Source: Podarcis liolepis
Taxonomy: Eukaryota
Assembly: GCA_965112155.1 (NCBI GenBank)
Contig: OZ218106.1
Direction: 5' to 3' (one strand)
DNA: 64,000 bases
Shown: positions 15,001 to 26,343 of the stretch, piece by piece
Layout of the letters: each line of letters starts with the position of its first letter
How positions within the stretch are numbered: position 1 is the first letter of the stretch
The notes under the pieces: generated by a model
Seen by the model: the letters and a program-made list of their open reading frames with translations, nothing else
What the model was told of the DNA's origin: nothing
The model's database searches: none
Program-made: the position numbers and the translations under genes

Positions 15001-18000
15001 TGCTGCCATATGTTTTACTTTTGGGAGATTTTATTGTTTAATATTGTACTATATTATAGTTTTGTATTATATTGTACACACAGGTCCTGCTTACCAAACT
15101 CAATGTGTTGCCTGGAAATCATTCGTTAGGCAAGCATTCACATAATGAGTCCACAATTTCCAAAGATTCCTATGGGAGCATTTCTAATCTGGATTTTTTT
15201 CTGATCTCTCCCCTGCTTTTTCAATGGGTTCTTTCAGTAATGGCTGCAGGCAACCAGCAAAAGAAAGGCAAAGAAAAAACAATTGTCCTGTCAGCTGATT
15301 TGTCTGATCTTGCTTGCTCCCTCCTTGTCACCAACCAGCAAAGCATAAACAAGCAAGGAAGGAAGAAAGAAAGTAGGCAAACTCTGGCTGTTCAGATATC
15401 TGAATCTGTGGTGTGTATAGCAAGGTTTGGGCATAATTATTTTTGTTTGGATAAGTGAATTTTCATATAGTGAAAAGGCAGATAGTGGGACTTGCATACC
15501 TTGTAGTTCTCCCAGTTTATTGTTTAAAGGTAAAGGGACCCCTGACCATTAGGTCCAGTCGCGGATGACTCGGGTTGCAGCGCTCATCTCACTTTACTGG
15601 CCGAGGGAACCGACATTTGTCTGCAGACAGTTTTTCCGGGTCATGTGGCCAGCATGACTAAGCCGTTTCTGGCGAACCAGAGCAGCGCACGGAAATGCCG
15701 TTTACCTTTCTGCTGGAGCGGTACCTATTTATCTACTTGCACTTGACGTGCTTTCAAACTGCTGCTTTAGTATTAAGCAGTATTTAGATATATGAAATAA
15801 ATAATGAAATAGAAGCCATTGAATTATAGTAATTCTTTGGGTCCAACATCTCTTGAATATGTCTTCAGTTTGGTTAATAAAGGTTGCTCTTGTGTAAAAC
15901 ACATTTCTTGACAGCATGGCAATGAAGAAGAAAAGTACCTGATATATTCTGGACGTTTCTTCAGCTTTGTAGAAAGAAATTTCAAAGCCTTTTCACTTTC
16001 AAAAGTTGAATAGGAAATGGTGGTTGGATAATCTGTTTCCTCACAAGGCACAGGGCAAGTGGAATTATGTGTTCCTGCTGTACACAATCCTGCGAGCTCA
16101 ATTTTATCTAAAATGGGAACCAATTTCAAACATAAATGCCCACTCTAGGCGACTTTCATGTTCACCACCATCTGCAAGCAGCCATAGTGAAATCAACAAA
16201 AAATAGATTGAGTTTATCATCCCAAGCAAATGAGTTAATAAAGCATAATAAATATTATATTATATTGCAGGATTTGGTGGTAATTTGAATCTACGTCAGC
16301 AGCCTTACATTCTAAGTGGTAGAAAGATGGTAGTGTGTGATTTCCCACTAAAAATAGGTGCCTGTATTTTACACTGAATTTCTTCAGCATTTGGAACTTA
16401 TGAAATCAAACCAAAACTGTACAGATGATTGGAAGAGTACATTTAGAATGTTATTCATGGTTTGTCTAAACACAACTTTCAGCTGGGATCATTTAAAGTA
16501 TTCTGAGAAAAATCAAGTCCTCTCCTTTCCCTAATAAACCATTCCCAATCAGCAGAATATCCCAGGCTATGGGATTTCCCCCTAAGCCTGACTGTCCTGG
16601 TGCAAATGATGCTTTTGTGTGACTGGGATTCCACAGGTTGGTAAAAATGTGAGACATGCCCCCACCCCCACTGGTCCAGCTGGTTGCCAGTTGCAGACGT
16701 ATGAAACTGGCTCTAGTATTTGGCTTTGGCTTTACTTACACAGTTCAGGAGAAACACAATTGTAAAATTTGTCCAAGTCACATTCTGTGCCATTTCCTTT
16801 TCAACAGGTGTGAAGAAGAGGGAGTGGGGAAGGAGAGAAAAACACAAAGACAAGGGTATCAAAACACACATTTGAATCCATCTGTTTGGTAAGCCAATAA
16901 TAACCAATAAGCAAGTGACCCCAGCAAGTAAAGCAAAGAATTCGATGCCTGTATGTATCAACCTGAATCTCATGTAGAAACACTCATAGCACCTGAGCCG
17001 AGGATGGGCAATCTTTTTGCTATTTGGGGCTGCATTAATTTTACCCTGGCTTTTGACCCCTGAGAAATATATCTTTAGTACCCATCCACTTAGCAATTTT
17101 AATGTTGTGTTTTTATATGGCTGTATCTCACCCCGGACACCTTTGGGCAGGTAAGAAATGCAATTCATCATCATATCATCATCATGACATCATCTGATGG
17201 TAGTATGTTAGGGACTGGATACGCAGAGCTGAACCTCTGGTGGGCAGGCTAGCTCCTTGATTCACCTATTGCCAACTCCTTTTCTTTCTGTTCCACAGGA
17301 GGACTGCTTGGGCAGAGAGAGATCATTCTTGCTGAGAGCTTTTGAAAATAAGGTGAGGGGTACATGAGAGCTATATTAGACCCTTAGGCTGCAGGTGGCC
17401 TGTTTCTATCCTAATGGTTTCATTATTCAGCTGTCATTTATGCACGAGGTGATTCCTTAAGCAATTAAGGACTTATCTTTGAAACTAAGCTGTCTGAGAC
17501 TACATTTCAATCCCTCCTCCTTATGCCGAGCAGCACTGATTGCTTCTGCTGGTTCAGCTGTCCTTCCTCTGGCCACCACTGATGGAGTGATATTTTTGTC
17601 ACTCTGCCAGTGCAGAACATGCACCCTTTGAACATTTGGGTGGGTGAAAGGCATGTTGGTGGTATTCCTGCTAGCAGAGCCTGCCAGAAAGCCTCCAAAT
17701 GGGCCATTCCAACTGCAGGGATGAAACTGAGCTGGCTCTGGATCCACTGGATCCCAAGCTGCTCTCCCAGCTGATACTAGCTGGCATTGGTCCTAATCTT
17801 GGCCTGGATCTGCAGTAACCTGAAGCTGATACAGGGATTGGACTTGATCTGCCTGCCCTTCTGCCTTCTGCTACCATCGCCATGAGCAGCCAGGCTGTGG
17901 ATGTGGCAGTACCTCCACCACTCTGCAGAAGCTCGGAGGCAGCAGGGAAATGTTTGGGATGCTCTGCCTGTACAAAAAGTAATCCATAAAGACTCCACAG

Positions 18001-21000
18001 CAATGTTATATGCTTGCATGCTGTGCAAGGGGAGCAGGGATGGGAGCACTAAGCCCCACCTCCCATTGCCCTACAAGTCAGGGAGGGTGAAAGGGTGAAA
18101 CGGGGAGTTCCTTCTCCTTGTACTGTTAGGAACCCTGCACAATAAGGGTTCCAAATTGTATGAGGAGCTGCCATGAGTCACTTCAGACTTTTGCTTTTTT
18201 TCGCCCTCCCTGCTTGTGCATAGGTTTTACTAGTGAGCAGATAGCTCAAAATTGGCTAAAGGCAGTGCTTTTTTTCTGGGGGGATACATACCCCTAAACA
18301 TTTTGGGAATCTTTGTACTTTGGTCCATTTACTGTATTTATTTTTCCCGATTAAACTATAAAATGGTGATTTTCTTGAGTCAAAATGAGAGTACCCCTAA
18401 ACATTTTTAAAGAAAAAAAGCAGTGGCTTAGAGGCATCCCTCCAAGCTGTTATCCGCACACTCTTGTTGGATTTCTTTGAACACTGCAAACAAATAAAGC
18501 AACTTCTACCTGCCCAGTTATACCTGGGAGCATGAACGGTAAGCATCCACACTGGTTTTGAATATGGCGTGCCTTGCATTCCTGTAGGCATCCGTAGGTG
18601 CTATAGAGCTTGTGGTGCTGAAGTTTCATGTTTGGCTTGCATTCTCCCCAAGGGTATTCTTGAATAATTGTCTTGAATGAAAGAAATGGCACGACATAAG
18701 TTATATACATTGCTACTGTCAAGTTTTAATTGAACAAAAACCACCTCCATTCCCACCTCCACACATACACAGATTGCTGCAAAAGATTTGTTGTTCTTGT
18801 TGCTAGACCAGACCAAACTGAATTAAATTAAAAGACTTGGTAGTAAACTTGATTGTTGTTCTGCAGGGCTGCCCCCAGAGGACAGCCTGACCGGCCCCAG
18901 CTAGCTTCAATTTCTCCTGATTCAAGATGGATGCTCAGTGTGCAACTGAATGGGTAAGATTTTCTGGGTAGGAAGCTCTAGGTATACATTGGAGTTTGAA
19001 CATAGAACTGAGCTGGAGTACTATATCAAATTAAATTTTTACTCTGCTTTTTTATCCTTCCTATGTGCCTTGTCATTTTAAAGTCTTGCTTATATTTTAA
19101 AGTTGTCAATCATTAGGGGTTAATTGCTTTAATTGATTTTTAATATTGTATTTTAATATTGTTTAATATTGTTATTATCAATAATGATGATTGCATATGC
19201 AGTTTATTGGACTTTAAAGTGGCTAGCCATACAGTAGTACCTCAGGTTACATACGCTTCAGGTTACATATGCTTCAGGTTACAGACTCCGCTAACCCAGA
19301 AATAGTACCTCGGGTTAAGAACTTTGCTTCAGAATGAGAACAGAAATCGCACAGCGGTGGCTCGGTGGCAGCAGGAGGCCCCATTAGCTAAAGTGGTGCT
19401 TCAGGTTAAGAACAGTTTCAGGTTAAGAACAGACCTCTGGAACGAATTAAGTACTTAACCCGAGGTACCACTGTACTTCCATTTCTCTGTATCTTACTCT
19501 AATGCTTACCTTCACCTGTTGGATTGCAGCATGAGCATGCATTCCTACTGGGGTTGATATACCTAAACCATCAAATCGGGGAGGCGCTTTAGGTGAGTGG
19601 ATAGCAAATGTGATGCCAACATCAACAAAACCAAGAGCAGGGTCGTCGGTGAACTCTGCCTAGGACACAAGGCATTGAAGGGTTACAGAGTAAAATTACA
19701 GAGGATAATTTTCAGAACACTGTCACACTGAACCGTGAATTGCCTTGGCAAAAAATTATCTACTACCATAATTAACATTAAGAGAAAAACAATAGTATAC
19801 ATGCAGCATTTTCGTTTTGTAATCCACTATGTATCACTTATCATCTGACTCTACATCAGATTTCACACCAATTCAAAATCTGTCAACGCAAATTAAGTTT
19901 CAGGATGCAGATTATATTCTAGGGCTTTCATAAATTTTACTTATGTAATTTGACTTTGTGGGAAACTTCAATCATGTATGTATTATTATTATTTTGCTTT
20001 GTTTTTAAAGAACTTGTACCATTATAGTGACCCACATGCCCTGTCCTTTATCATCAAGGTTTTGCGCTCGCATTGTAGAAACATTTTGAATATCTCTACC
20101 TGTTTGACATCGAAAAGCAAACTCAAGCCCCTTCCGGAGGCACTCACTCTTCTTTTTGCTGGAATGTTAATGTGATTAAAGGTGAAGCAGTTTCCATATT
20201 CAGTGAAGACATGCTCAAAGTTCTTCCATGAAGAAAGTAAAAGAAAATAAGAAATTGAATTAGCTCACCTAATATTAAGTAAGTATGTTCACAGAGAACT
20301 GTAGCGATAGAATTGGATTTATTTTGGATGAAAATGTGAAATGCAACCCATTTAACCTCTCAGCTGCACTTCCTCATAGTTCCTAAGGTTGTACCTGAGG
20401 TAAAAACTGGCCTTACCAATAGGTAAGGCAGAATGAGGAGGATGTCCCAGGCAGCTGATCTGGGGTGTCATGAAGGAACAACAAACTGTTATTTATTTAT
20501 TATCACTGTATTTTTATTGCCAGGTGGGGGAAGGAAGTCTATACCAGGTAACAAGCATTTTGATTGGTGTCCTGGGAACTATTTATGATTTTGCCCAAAG
20601 CAACAAAATGCCTCAGAGCAGTGTCTGTCAACAGTTTATTTATTTATTTATTCCATTTATTTATTCCACTTACTATTGAAAAGATCTGAAAGAGATTTAC
20701 GTGAATAATAAGTACAATGCCCAGCAAATGATTCACATAACAAAATACACAAACAGTATCCACTTTTTTGGTTTTTGTTTTACATAAAACCAGAGGGCAT
20801 TACAGTGCAGAATAATATAGAATTTCAAAGTACGCAACATATATACGACCATCCATACACTCTCACTCACCAGCTGTTTCACACAACCAATACAACAATT
20901 CACTATCTCAAACATTACCTTTGTCAATCATGCATACTCGAGAATATTACAACCTACATGTGAAGGGTTGTATGACATGTCTCAGCACTGACAGAACATT

Positions 21001-23151
21001 TGGAAAAGTGTATGAAGAATTCCTCCCAAAGAAACAAAACAATGAAGAATTCTGAGTGCCTTATTCCCACTTTAAAACCAGATCAAGTCATTCAGAATTT
21101 TAAAACATGGGATGAAATTCATAGGTGTAGACTTTCTGAAGCATCCTTTTGATTTTTGTCACGTTAAGTTTTATCAAGCCTTAGACAAGCAATTACAGAC
21201 CTATTTTCCAGTCTTTGAGGCTCACGATTGGTGGATGTCCACTGAGGAAATAAAATTCGTATCATCATAATAGTTCCCAACAAAATGTATTCAATCTAGT
21301 ACTTTGTACATACATGCAGTCTCCTCTCCATATGAAAGTGATACATTCCAGATCTAGATTGTGATCACTAGATTGTGAGTTTCCATACTCACATGCCCTC
21401 ACAATGTCTACGTTACCTCTGATAATAGAAACAAAAATATTACCTCTGGATAACACGGCTCCCCAAAATATTCACAATCCAACAATGTACTGTTGTTGAG
21501 ATAGAACCCATTATTCCTTGTGAATTCTTTGATGCTGAAATTTTGATTCCCCTGAAGGAAGTCTTTTATCTCTTGGCCAAACGTTTCCCTAGTATCGAAC
21601 AAATGTAGTACTCCCGACACTATGCTCCACAGGAAGAAAATGGCGCTCAGATTAGCTACTGCTTGGGTTTGGAATCTGTGAGCATAAACCATAAAAGCAG
21701 GGTTAAGCCTGAATTCCAAGGGATAATTCCAAAGCAACTCTTAAAACTTTTAAAAGAAACAGAGTAAGGAGCCCAAGGCAGGTATGTGGTCATAGCATTG
21801 CATTTTATGGAAGACCTATGTATATTATATATACCTTAATAGAAAATCTAGCAGAAGGTTAGGAATTATGGGGAAATTCAATTTAATTTGCATTTAAGGT
21901 GGGCTTATTTAATTTGCACCTTCCAACACAACATGTGAACCAACACACATAGAGTCTTCCAAATTCACACTTTTCTGAATTTTGCAATGCAATTCTCCAG
22001 CCAACTAAAGTGCGCAAAAATGTATATATTAAAGTGTATCGGTGAAAATAACATACAGAAATGCATATAAAATTGTATATTAAAAGGTGTATGGAGGAAT
22101 AATTTTTCATGAATTTTTCAGTGGAACTTAAAAAAACAAAACTTCACAAACTGATGTGGAAAATTGGACTGAAGATGGGAAGAATGAGAAACTGAGAGAA
22201 ACCAAAATTAACACAATTGCCCATTCCTACAGGAAGTAAACGGTGCCTTACCTGTTCAGATTACAAAAAGTTACAGCAGGAAACTCTATGTTTTCCACAT
22301 ACTGAACTACCACCGAAGTTGTTGTGGGCCAGCTGAAATAATTGGCGAAACGACTGCCGATTTGCCAGGCAACCAAACAAATGGAGCCCACGACTACGGT
22401 CATCCACAGTGCCTTACGGCTCTTGCTCCTTGTACGAACAATATTGTGCACTCCATGGAATGAAGTGGAAGTTGCAAATTCATAATCATACTTCTTCCTT
22501 TCTTCCAGAGACGGCAGTGGTTTTCTGGTTAAGTAGAGCCTGGCTTTTTCCAACAATCCTTAACATTTGACAAGAAGAAAAATTATTGGCACATAGGTTC
22601 CCTACAAAACCAAATGAAAGGGATGCTTCAAGGTGGATCCCAATGGCAGGGGGAAAGCCATAATGTAGCATTGCCAGATTTAATTCATTTGTTACAGAGG
22701 TTTAAATATCTAGAATATGATTCTAAGCTTTGAAATAAAGTATCGGTTAAAGCAGTAATGACAAACATTAGCATTTATTACTCAGAATTTTACAAGAAGT
22801 AGCACTAACAGACATTTCTCCTATTTTAACGCATAGTGCATTGCTTTACTGTTTACTTCTAGATCTACATCTCAATCTCAGTCTCAGACCAAGTACAGCA
22901 CAGAATCTTACTAGACGTTACTGCGAAATAGTAAGTGTGCCTAGGATTGCAGCCATTATCTACTGATAAAATATGCTCAAAAGATGCATAAACTCATGCC
23001 TCTTTTCATAAGAAAAGCATTTGTATCTGCAGAAAATCTAAATCATCACCTCCCCAAAAGAATACCACACAGACAAGGATGCATAGCATTGTAATAGCTA
23101 CTGTTACATACCTCTGTCATGAAATCCACTTAATTTCCTAAGCTTCTCCAT
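11868..23151 (-). CDS. ASIC5: Acid-sensing ion channel subunit 5 (BASIC/BLINaC/INaC), complete gene, 10 coding exons, 1509 nt = 502 aa
   Basis: Exons of 40,307,232,123,150,148,57,169,92,191 nt, all GT-AG and phase-compatible. DEG/ENaC motifs present: STSFHG, FPAVTFCNLN, YGNCFTFN, Cys-rich thumb, GGQLGLFCGAS; C-terminus IQEC. Confidence 0.97.
12963..13054 (-). CDS. ASIC5: ASIC5 exon 9
   Basis: RNLVYIDIRYHDLNYKMTRQQKALSVSELL; 92 nt, AG/GT bounded. Confidence 0.95.
15526..15765 (-). mobile_element. Sauria SINE, 5'-truncated, in ASIC5 intron 8
   Basis: Starts with the reverse-complemented tail aaaggtaaagggacccctg; body matches 5711-6086. Confidence 0.85.
15939..16107 (-). CDS. ASIC5: ASIC5 exon 8
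   Basis: YKIELAGLCTAGTHNSTCPVPCEETDYPTTISYSTFESEKALKFLSTKLKKRPEYIR; 169 nt. Confidence 0.95.
16740..16796 (-). CDS. ASIC5: ASIC5 exon 7
   Basis: GNGTECDLDKFYNCVSPEL; 57 nt, aag|...|gtaagt. Confidence 0.93.
18263..18425. mobile_element. Short hAT-like MITE
   Basis: Ends cagtgctttttt / aaaaaagcagtg; inverted-orientation relative at 40911-41083. Confidence 0.65.
18524..18671 (-). CDS. ASIC5: ASIC5 exon 6
   Basis: TIIQEYPWGECKPNMKLQHHKLYSTYGCLQECKARHIQNQCGCLPFMLP; 148 nt. Confidence 0.96.
19232..19473. mobile_element. Tc1/mariner (Tigger-like) MITE in ASIC5 intron 5
   Basis: TIRs cagtagtacctc / gaggtaccactg, TA flanks. Confidence 0.9.
19510..19659 (-). CDS. ASIC5: ASIC5 exon 5
   Basis: AEFTDDPALGFVDVGITFAIHSPKAPPRFDGLGISTPVGMHAHAAIQQVK; 150 nt. 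Confidence 0.96.
20100..20222 (-). CDS. ASIC5: ASIC5 exon 4
   Basis: NFEHVFTEYGNCFTFNHINIPAKRRVSASGRGLSLLFDVKQ; 123 nt. Confidence 0.96.
21444..21675 (-). CDS. ASIC5: ASIC5 exon 3
   Basis: FQTQAVANLSAIFFLWSIVS...NGFYLNNSTLLDCEYFGEPCYPE; 232 nt. Confidence 0.96.
21860..22230. repeat. Interspersed squamate repeat family, unclassified; other copies about 32920-33230 and 37320-37655
   Basis: Shared motif aatttgcaccttcc...aaattcacacttttctgaattttgcaatgc found three times, in both orientations. Confidence 0.65.
22252..22558 (-). CDS. ASIC5: ASIC5 exon 2 (HG motif, TM1)
   Basis: GLLEKARLYLTRKPLPS...STSFHGVHNI...YFSWPTTTS...FPAVTFCNLNR; 307 nt. Confidence 0.97.
23112..23151 (-). CDS. ASIC5: ASIC5 exon 1 coding part
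   Basis: ATG GAG AAG CTT...GAC AGA G|gtatgt = MEKLRKLSGFHDR(G); 40 nt, phase matches exon 2. Confidence 0.85.
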
Positions 23152-23206
23152 TGGGCATATATTATTTGAAAAGGAAAGTTTAGCTACAGAAGACTGGCAG
23201 TTAATA

Positions 23207-23218
23207 GCTTATATAAAA
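23207..23218 (-). promoter_or_regulatory. Candidate ASIC5 TATA box
   Basis: Minus strand reads TTTTATATAAGC about 55-65 nt upstream of the ATG. Confidence 0.45.
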
Positions 23219-24141
23219 TGAGGAAAGGGGTGGGGATTACATTTTATACACATCAAGAGGCAATTCACATGCCTCTGTTGCTATACACATAGCATTTTTT
23301 AAAGTGAGCAACAGGATTCAACACAGATAATGTATGGCAGGCTAGATAAAAGTGGAGAATTCCTGGAATTTAAAAATAATTGAGTCAGTTAATTTTCCAA
23401 AGTAGCAGGGTGCAGAGGGTTTATATAAAAGAGGGGACATTTGAGCAATCAATGGGATTTTTGACTTCCCTCTCCCTCTTTAAATAACATACAATGGCAT
23501 TATATGAACCGTGCTGCACATGCTGGCAGACTTATCTGTGAACACAGAATTTGTAGCTGCTGAAAATTAGCCAGCATGGTCATAGAGATGTCTCTCATTT
23601 AAAGGATATTATAAATAGATGATATCAGACCTTTAGCTGAAGAAACAGCATCTATTTATAATATCCTCTAAATGCCAGTTTTGGATGCCATGCTACCCAG
23701 TGTATGGGGGTGGGAGAATGGGAGAGCAATCTTTGTCAGAAAATTATTGGCACAGTACTTGAACCTCTTCCATAACTTTATCTATCAATTAGGATAAAAA
23801 AATAAAGGAAGCACAATAAAATGTTATCTGTCGGTGGCACATTACCCCTGCATGCCTCAGTACAAACTCAGTACAAGGTAGACTGTATTGCTCAAGCAGG
23901 GGTTGACAGATTGCTTCACATTTTCATCTTTGGTGGGACTCTCATAAAACTTGTTAATAATATAATTAAATGTTGTAATTGGGTGGAAATTTGACGAAGG
24001 TACTTGGTAGGATCGTAGTCCTCAAAGTTACCTTGGAGAATGAGATCTAATGAGTTTAACATTTGTTACTTATCTTGAAAAATTTGTTTTTAATGGGTCC
24101 AAAGTGCTTTTCTTTTCTTCACTCTCTGAAAAATCCACCTA

Positions 24142-24420
24142 CAGTGGTACCTCACAAGACGAATGCCTCGCAAGACGAAAAACACGCAAGACGAAAGAGT
24201 TTTCCGTTTTTTGAGTCATTCCGCAAGACGAATTTCCCTATGGGCTTGCTTCGCAAGATGAAACGTCTTGCGAGTTCTTGCGAGTTTGTTTCCTTTTTCT
24301 TAAAGCCGCTAAGCGGCTAATAGCCACTAAGCCGCTAATAGCTGTGCTTCGCAAGACGAAAAAAACGCAAGACGAAGAGACTCGCAGAACGGATTAATTT
24401 CATCTTGCGAGGCACCACTG
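24142..24420. mobile_element. Tc1/mariner (Tigger-like) MITE, second family
   Basis: TIRs cagtggtacctcacaagacgaa / ttcatcttgcgaggcaccactg, TA flanks, internal gcaagacgaa repeats. Confidence 0.85.
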
Positions 24421-25282
24421 TATTTCCAGAAAGCAAATCAAAAATTAAAGTTTATTTCCATTGATAACACTAGAGGGAGCACAGCACCGATGCACTGACA
24501 AACCAGATCTCTCTTCTGCTAATAGAGGCAAGGAACTGAGCAAAGTAATTTATTGATAGAGCTGATTTATTCAGCAAATGCTTCATTCTACTGAACAGCT
24601 TCATTAGTATTTGTGAAATGGTTTACACTGATGCCCAGACATCAGTAGCCTCATTACTGCCTCTCTGCACCTAATGTGTTGCAAAAGAGTCTCCTTGCTA
24701 TTTAGCAAGATGAGATAGAAGACTGCTGGTTTGCATCAGAATTGCATGCAGTTTTGTTCTTTAGCAATCATAACCAAGTATAAAATGCAAGTAACTACGT
24801 TATTCATGGATCTTTCTGTTTCAAGGGAGTAGAATATGAAGCCAAGTTCAAGAGAAATATCTCTGGAGAGAATTCTGGGCCACGCTCTTTTAAGGTTGTG
24901 TCTATTGAAGTAGCAAAGGATGCCCCCCCCCCCAGGTTGCAGGCTTGAAGTCATGTCACGTAAACATATTTTTTAAGCTAAGAGTACTATTTTTTAAAAA
25001 AACACACCCTCCCCTGCTGCCTTTCTTTGCTACAAACTAGTTTGCAGTTTGTTAAACCTTGAACTCTATTCCTCCCACTGAGAATGAGTATCTGATTGGA
25101 TTATTAATATTGCATAACTGCTATCCGTATTTGCTTAACCTTGAGTAAATGGATCTCCCATTTACTTAAAGCAGACTATTAATTACAAATGGAGGTTAAA
25201 CGTAAAGGGCACCGTGTCTGCGGAAATTACAAAATGCTCAGGGAACATAGGAAGCATTTAAACTTAACCACAGAGTAGATAT

Positions 25283-25314
<32 letters not shown>

Positions 25315-26256
25315 ATTAATATTTTTATGACATAACATAACTCAAAATAGTCCATGCTATCCAGATTTGATAATGGATTTGTCTAAATAGCCCATGAGAG
25401 ACCCTGATAAATGCCCACTATTTAATGTTATTAATTTCTTTCTTTTCTTTTTTAAAAAATCAAAATCAAAAGGTAAGTGGAAGTGTACAAATGAAAGGAT
25501 TAGTATGAGTTGCAAAAATGCAATTTTCACTGCGGTCAAGAAGTTGCATAATAGTAAATTGCTCCAACAAGTGTTGATAGCAGATGGAGACCTTTTAAGT
25601 TTTATCACCAGAGTATCCCGCCCTAGAGTAGTATGGCTAATTTCACACATACCAAGCAGAAGGATGAAGAATGGAAAATGAGTACCAGATGTTTCTACCT
25701 AATGGGAAACTGAAAGAAAAATGTATGTTGCAGAAGTAAATTAATATGTGGCTGTGAAAAGGAATTTCTGATAACGAGGCTCTGTTCATGGGACACATCC
25801 AGTATGACTGTATTGCACCCAGTGGCCATACTTTAAGCAAAATTGTGCCTCCTGGGCCTGGGTCCATGTCCACACATTCAAGTGTCAGTTCTGATCAAAA
25901 CTGTATGTGCATTTATACCTGTATGCACGTAGGCTTGACAGCATCTTTAGGCACCCCCCAAAAGAAGTGCTGTTGTCATCCTAAAATATACTCAGAACCT
26001 GAGGATGAAGAGACATGCAAAGCACTATAATTGGATAAAGCTAAGGAGAAAAGAAAGGTAAACAGAACAATCAGTTTAGGCACATCCAATGGAGTACTAT
26101 GTACCTTTATATGTAAATTATTGTAACCAAGAGGCTCAGCCATCTAAGAACTTGACAAATGGGCCAAATTATCCCTTCAGTTTTCCCTCCTCCCACACCA
26201 TTCTATTCAGTCCGTGTGCACTGAGTCATACTGAAGTGCCTCAGTTGATTGTCACA

Positions 26257-26343
26257 TTCTCCTTTCCTTTCCTTTCCTTTCCTTTCCTTTCCTTTCCTTT
26301 CCTTTCCTTTCCTTTCCTTTCCTTTCCTTTCCTTTCCTTTCCT
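26257..26343. repeat. (TTTCC)n microsatellite
   Basis: Pentamer run of about 17 units. Confidence 0.95.

Noticed and set aside
24142-24420. Regularly spaced gcaagacgaa repeats resembling a CRISPR-like array
   Set aside because: These are internal repeats of a TIR-bounded MITE in a vertebrate genome, with no constant repeat-spacer period.
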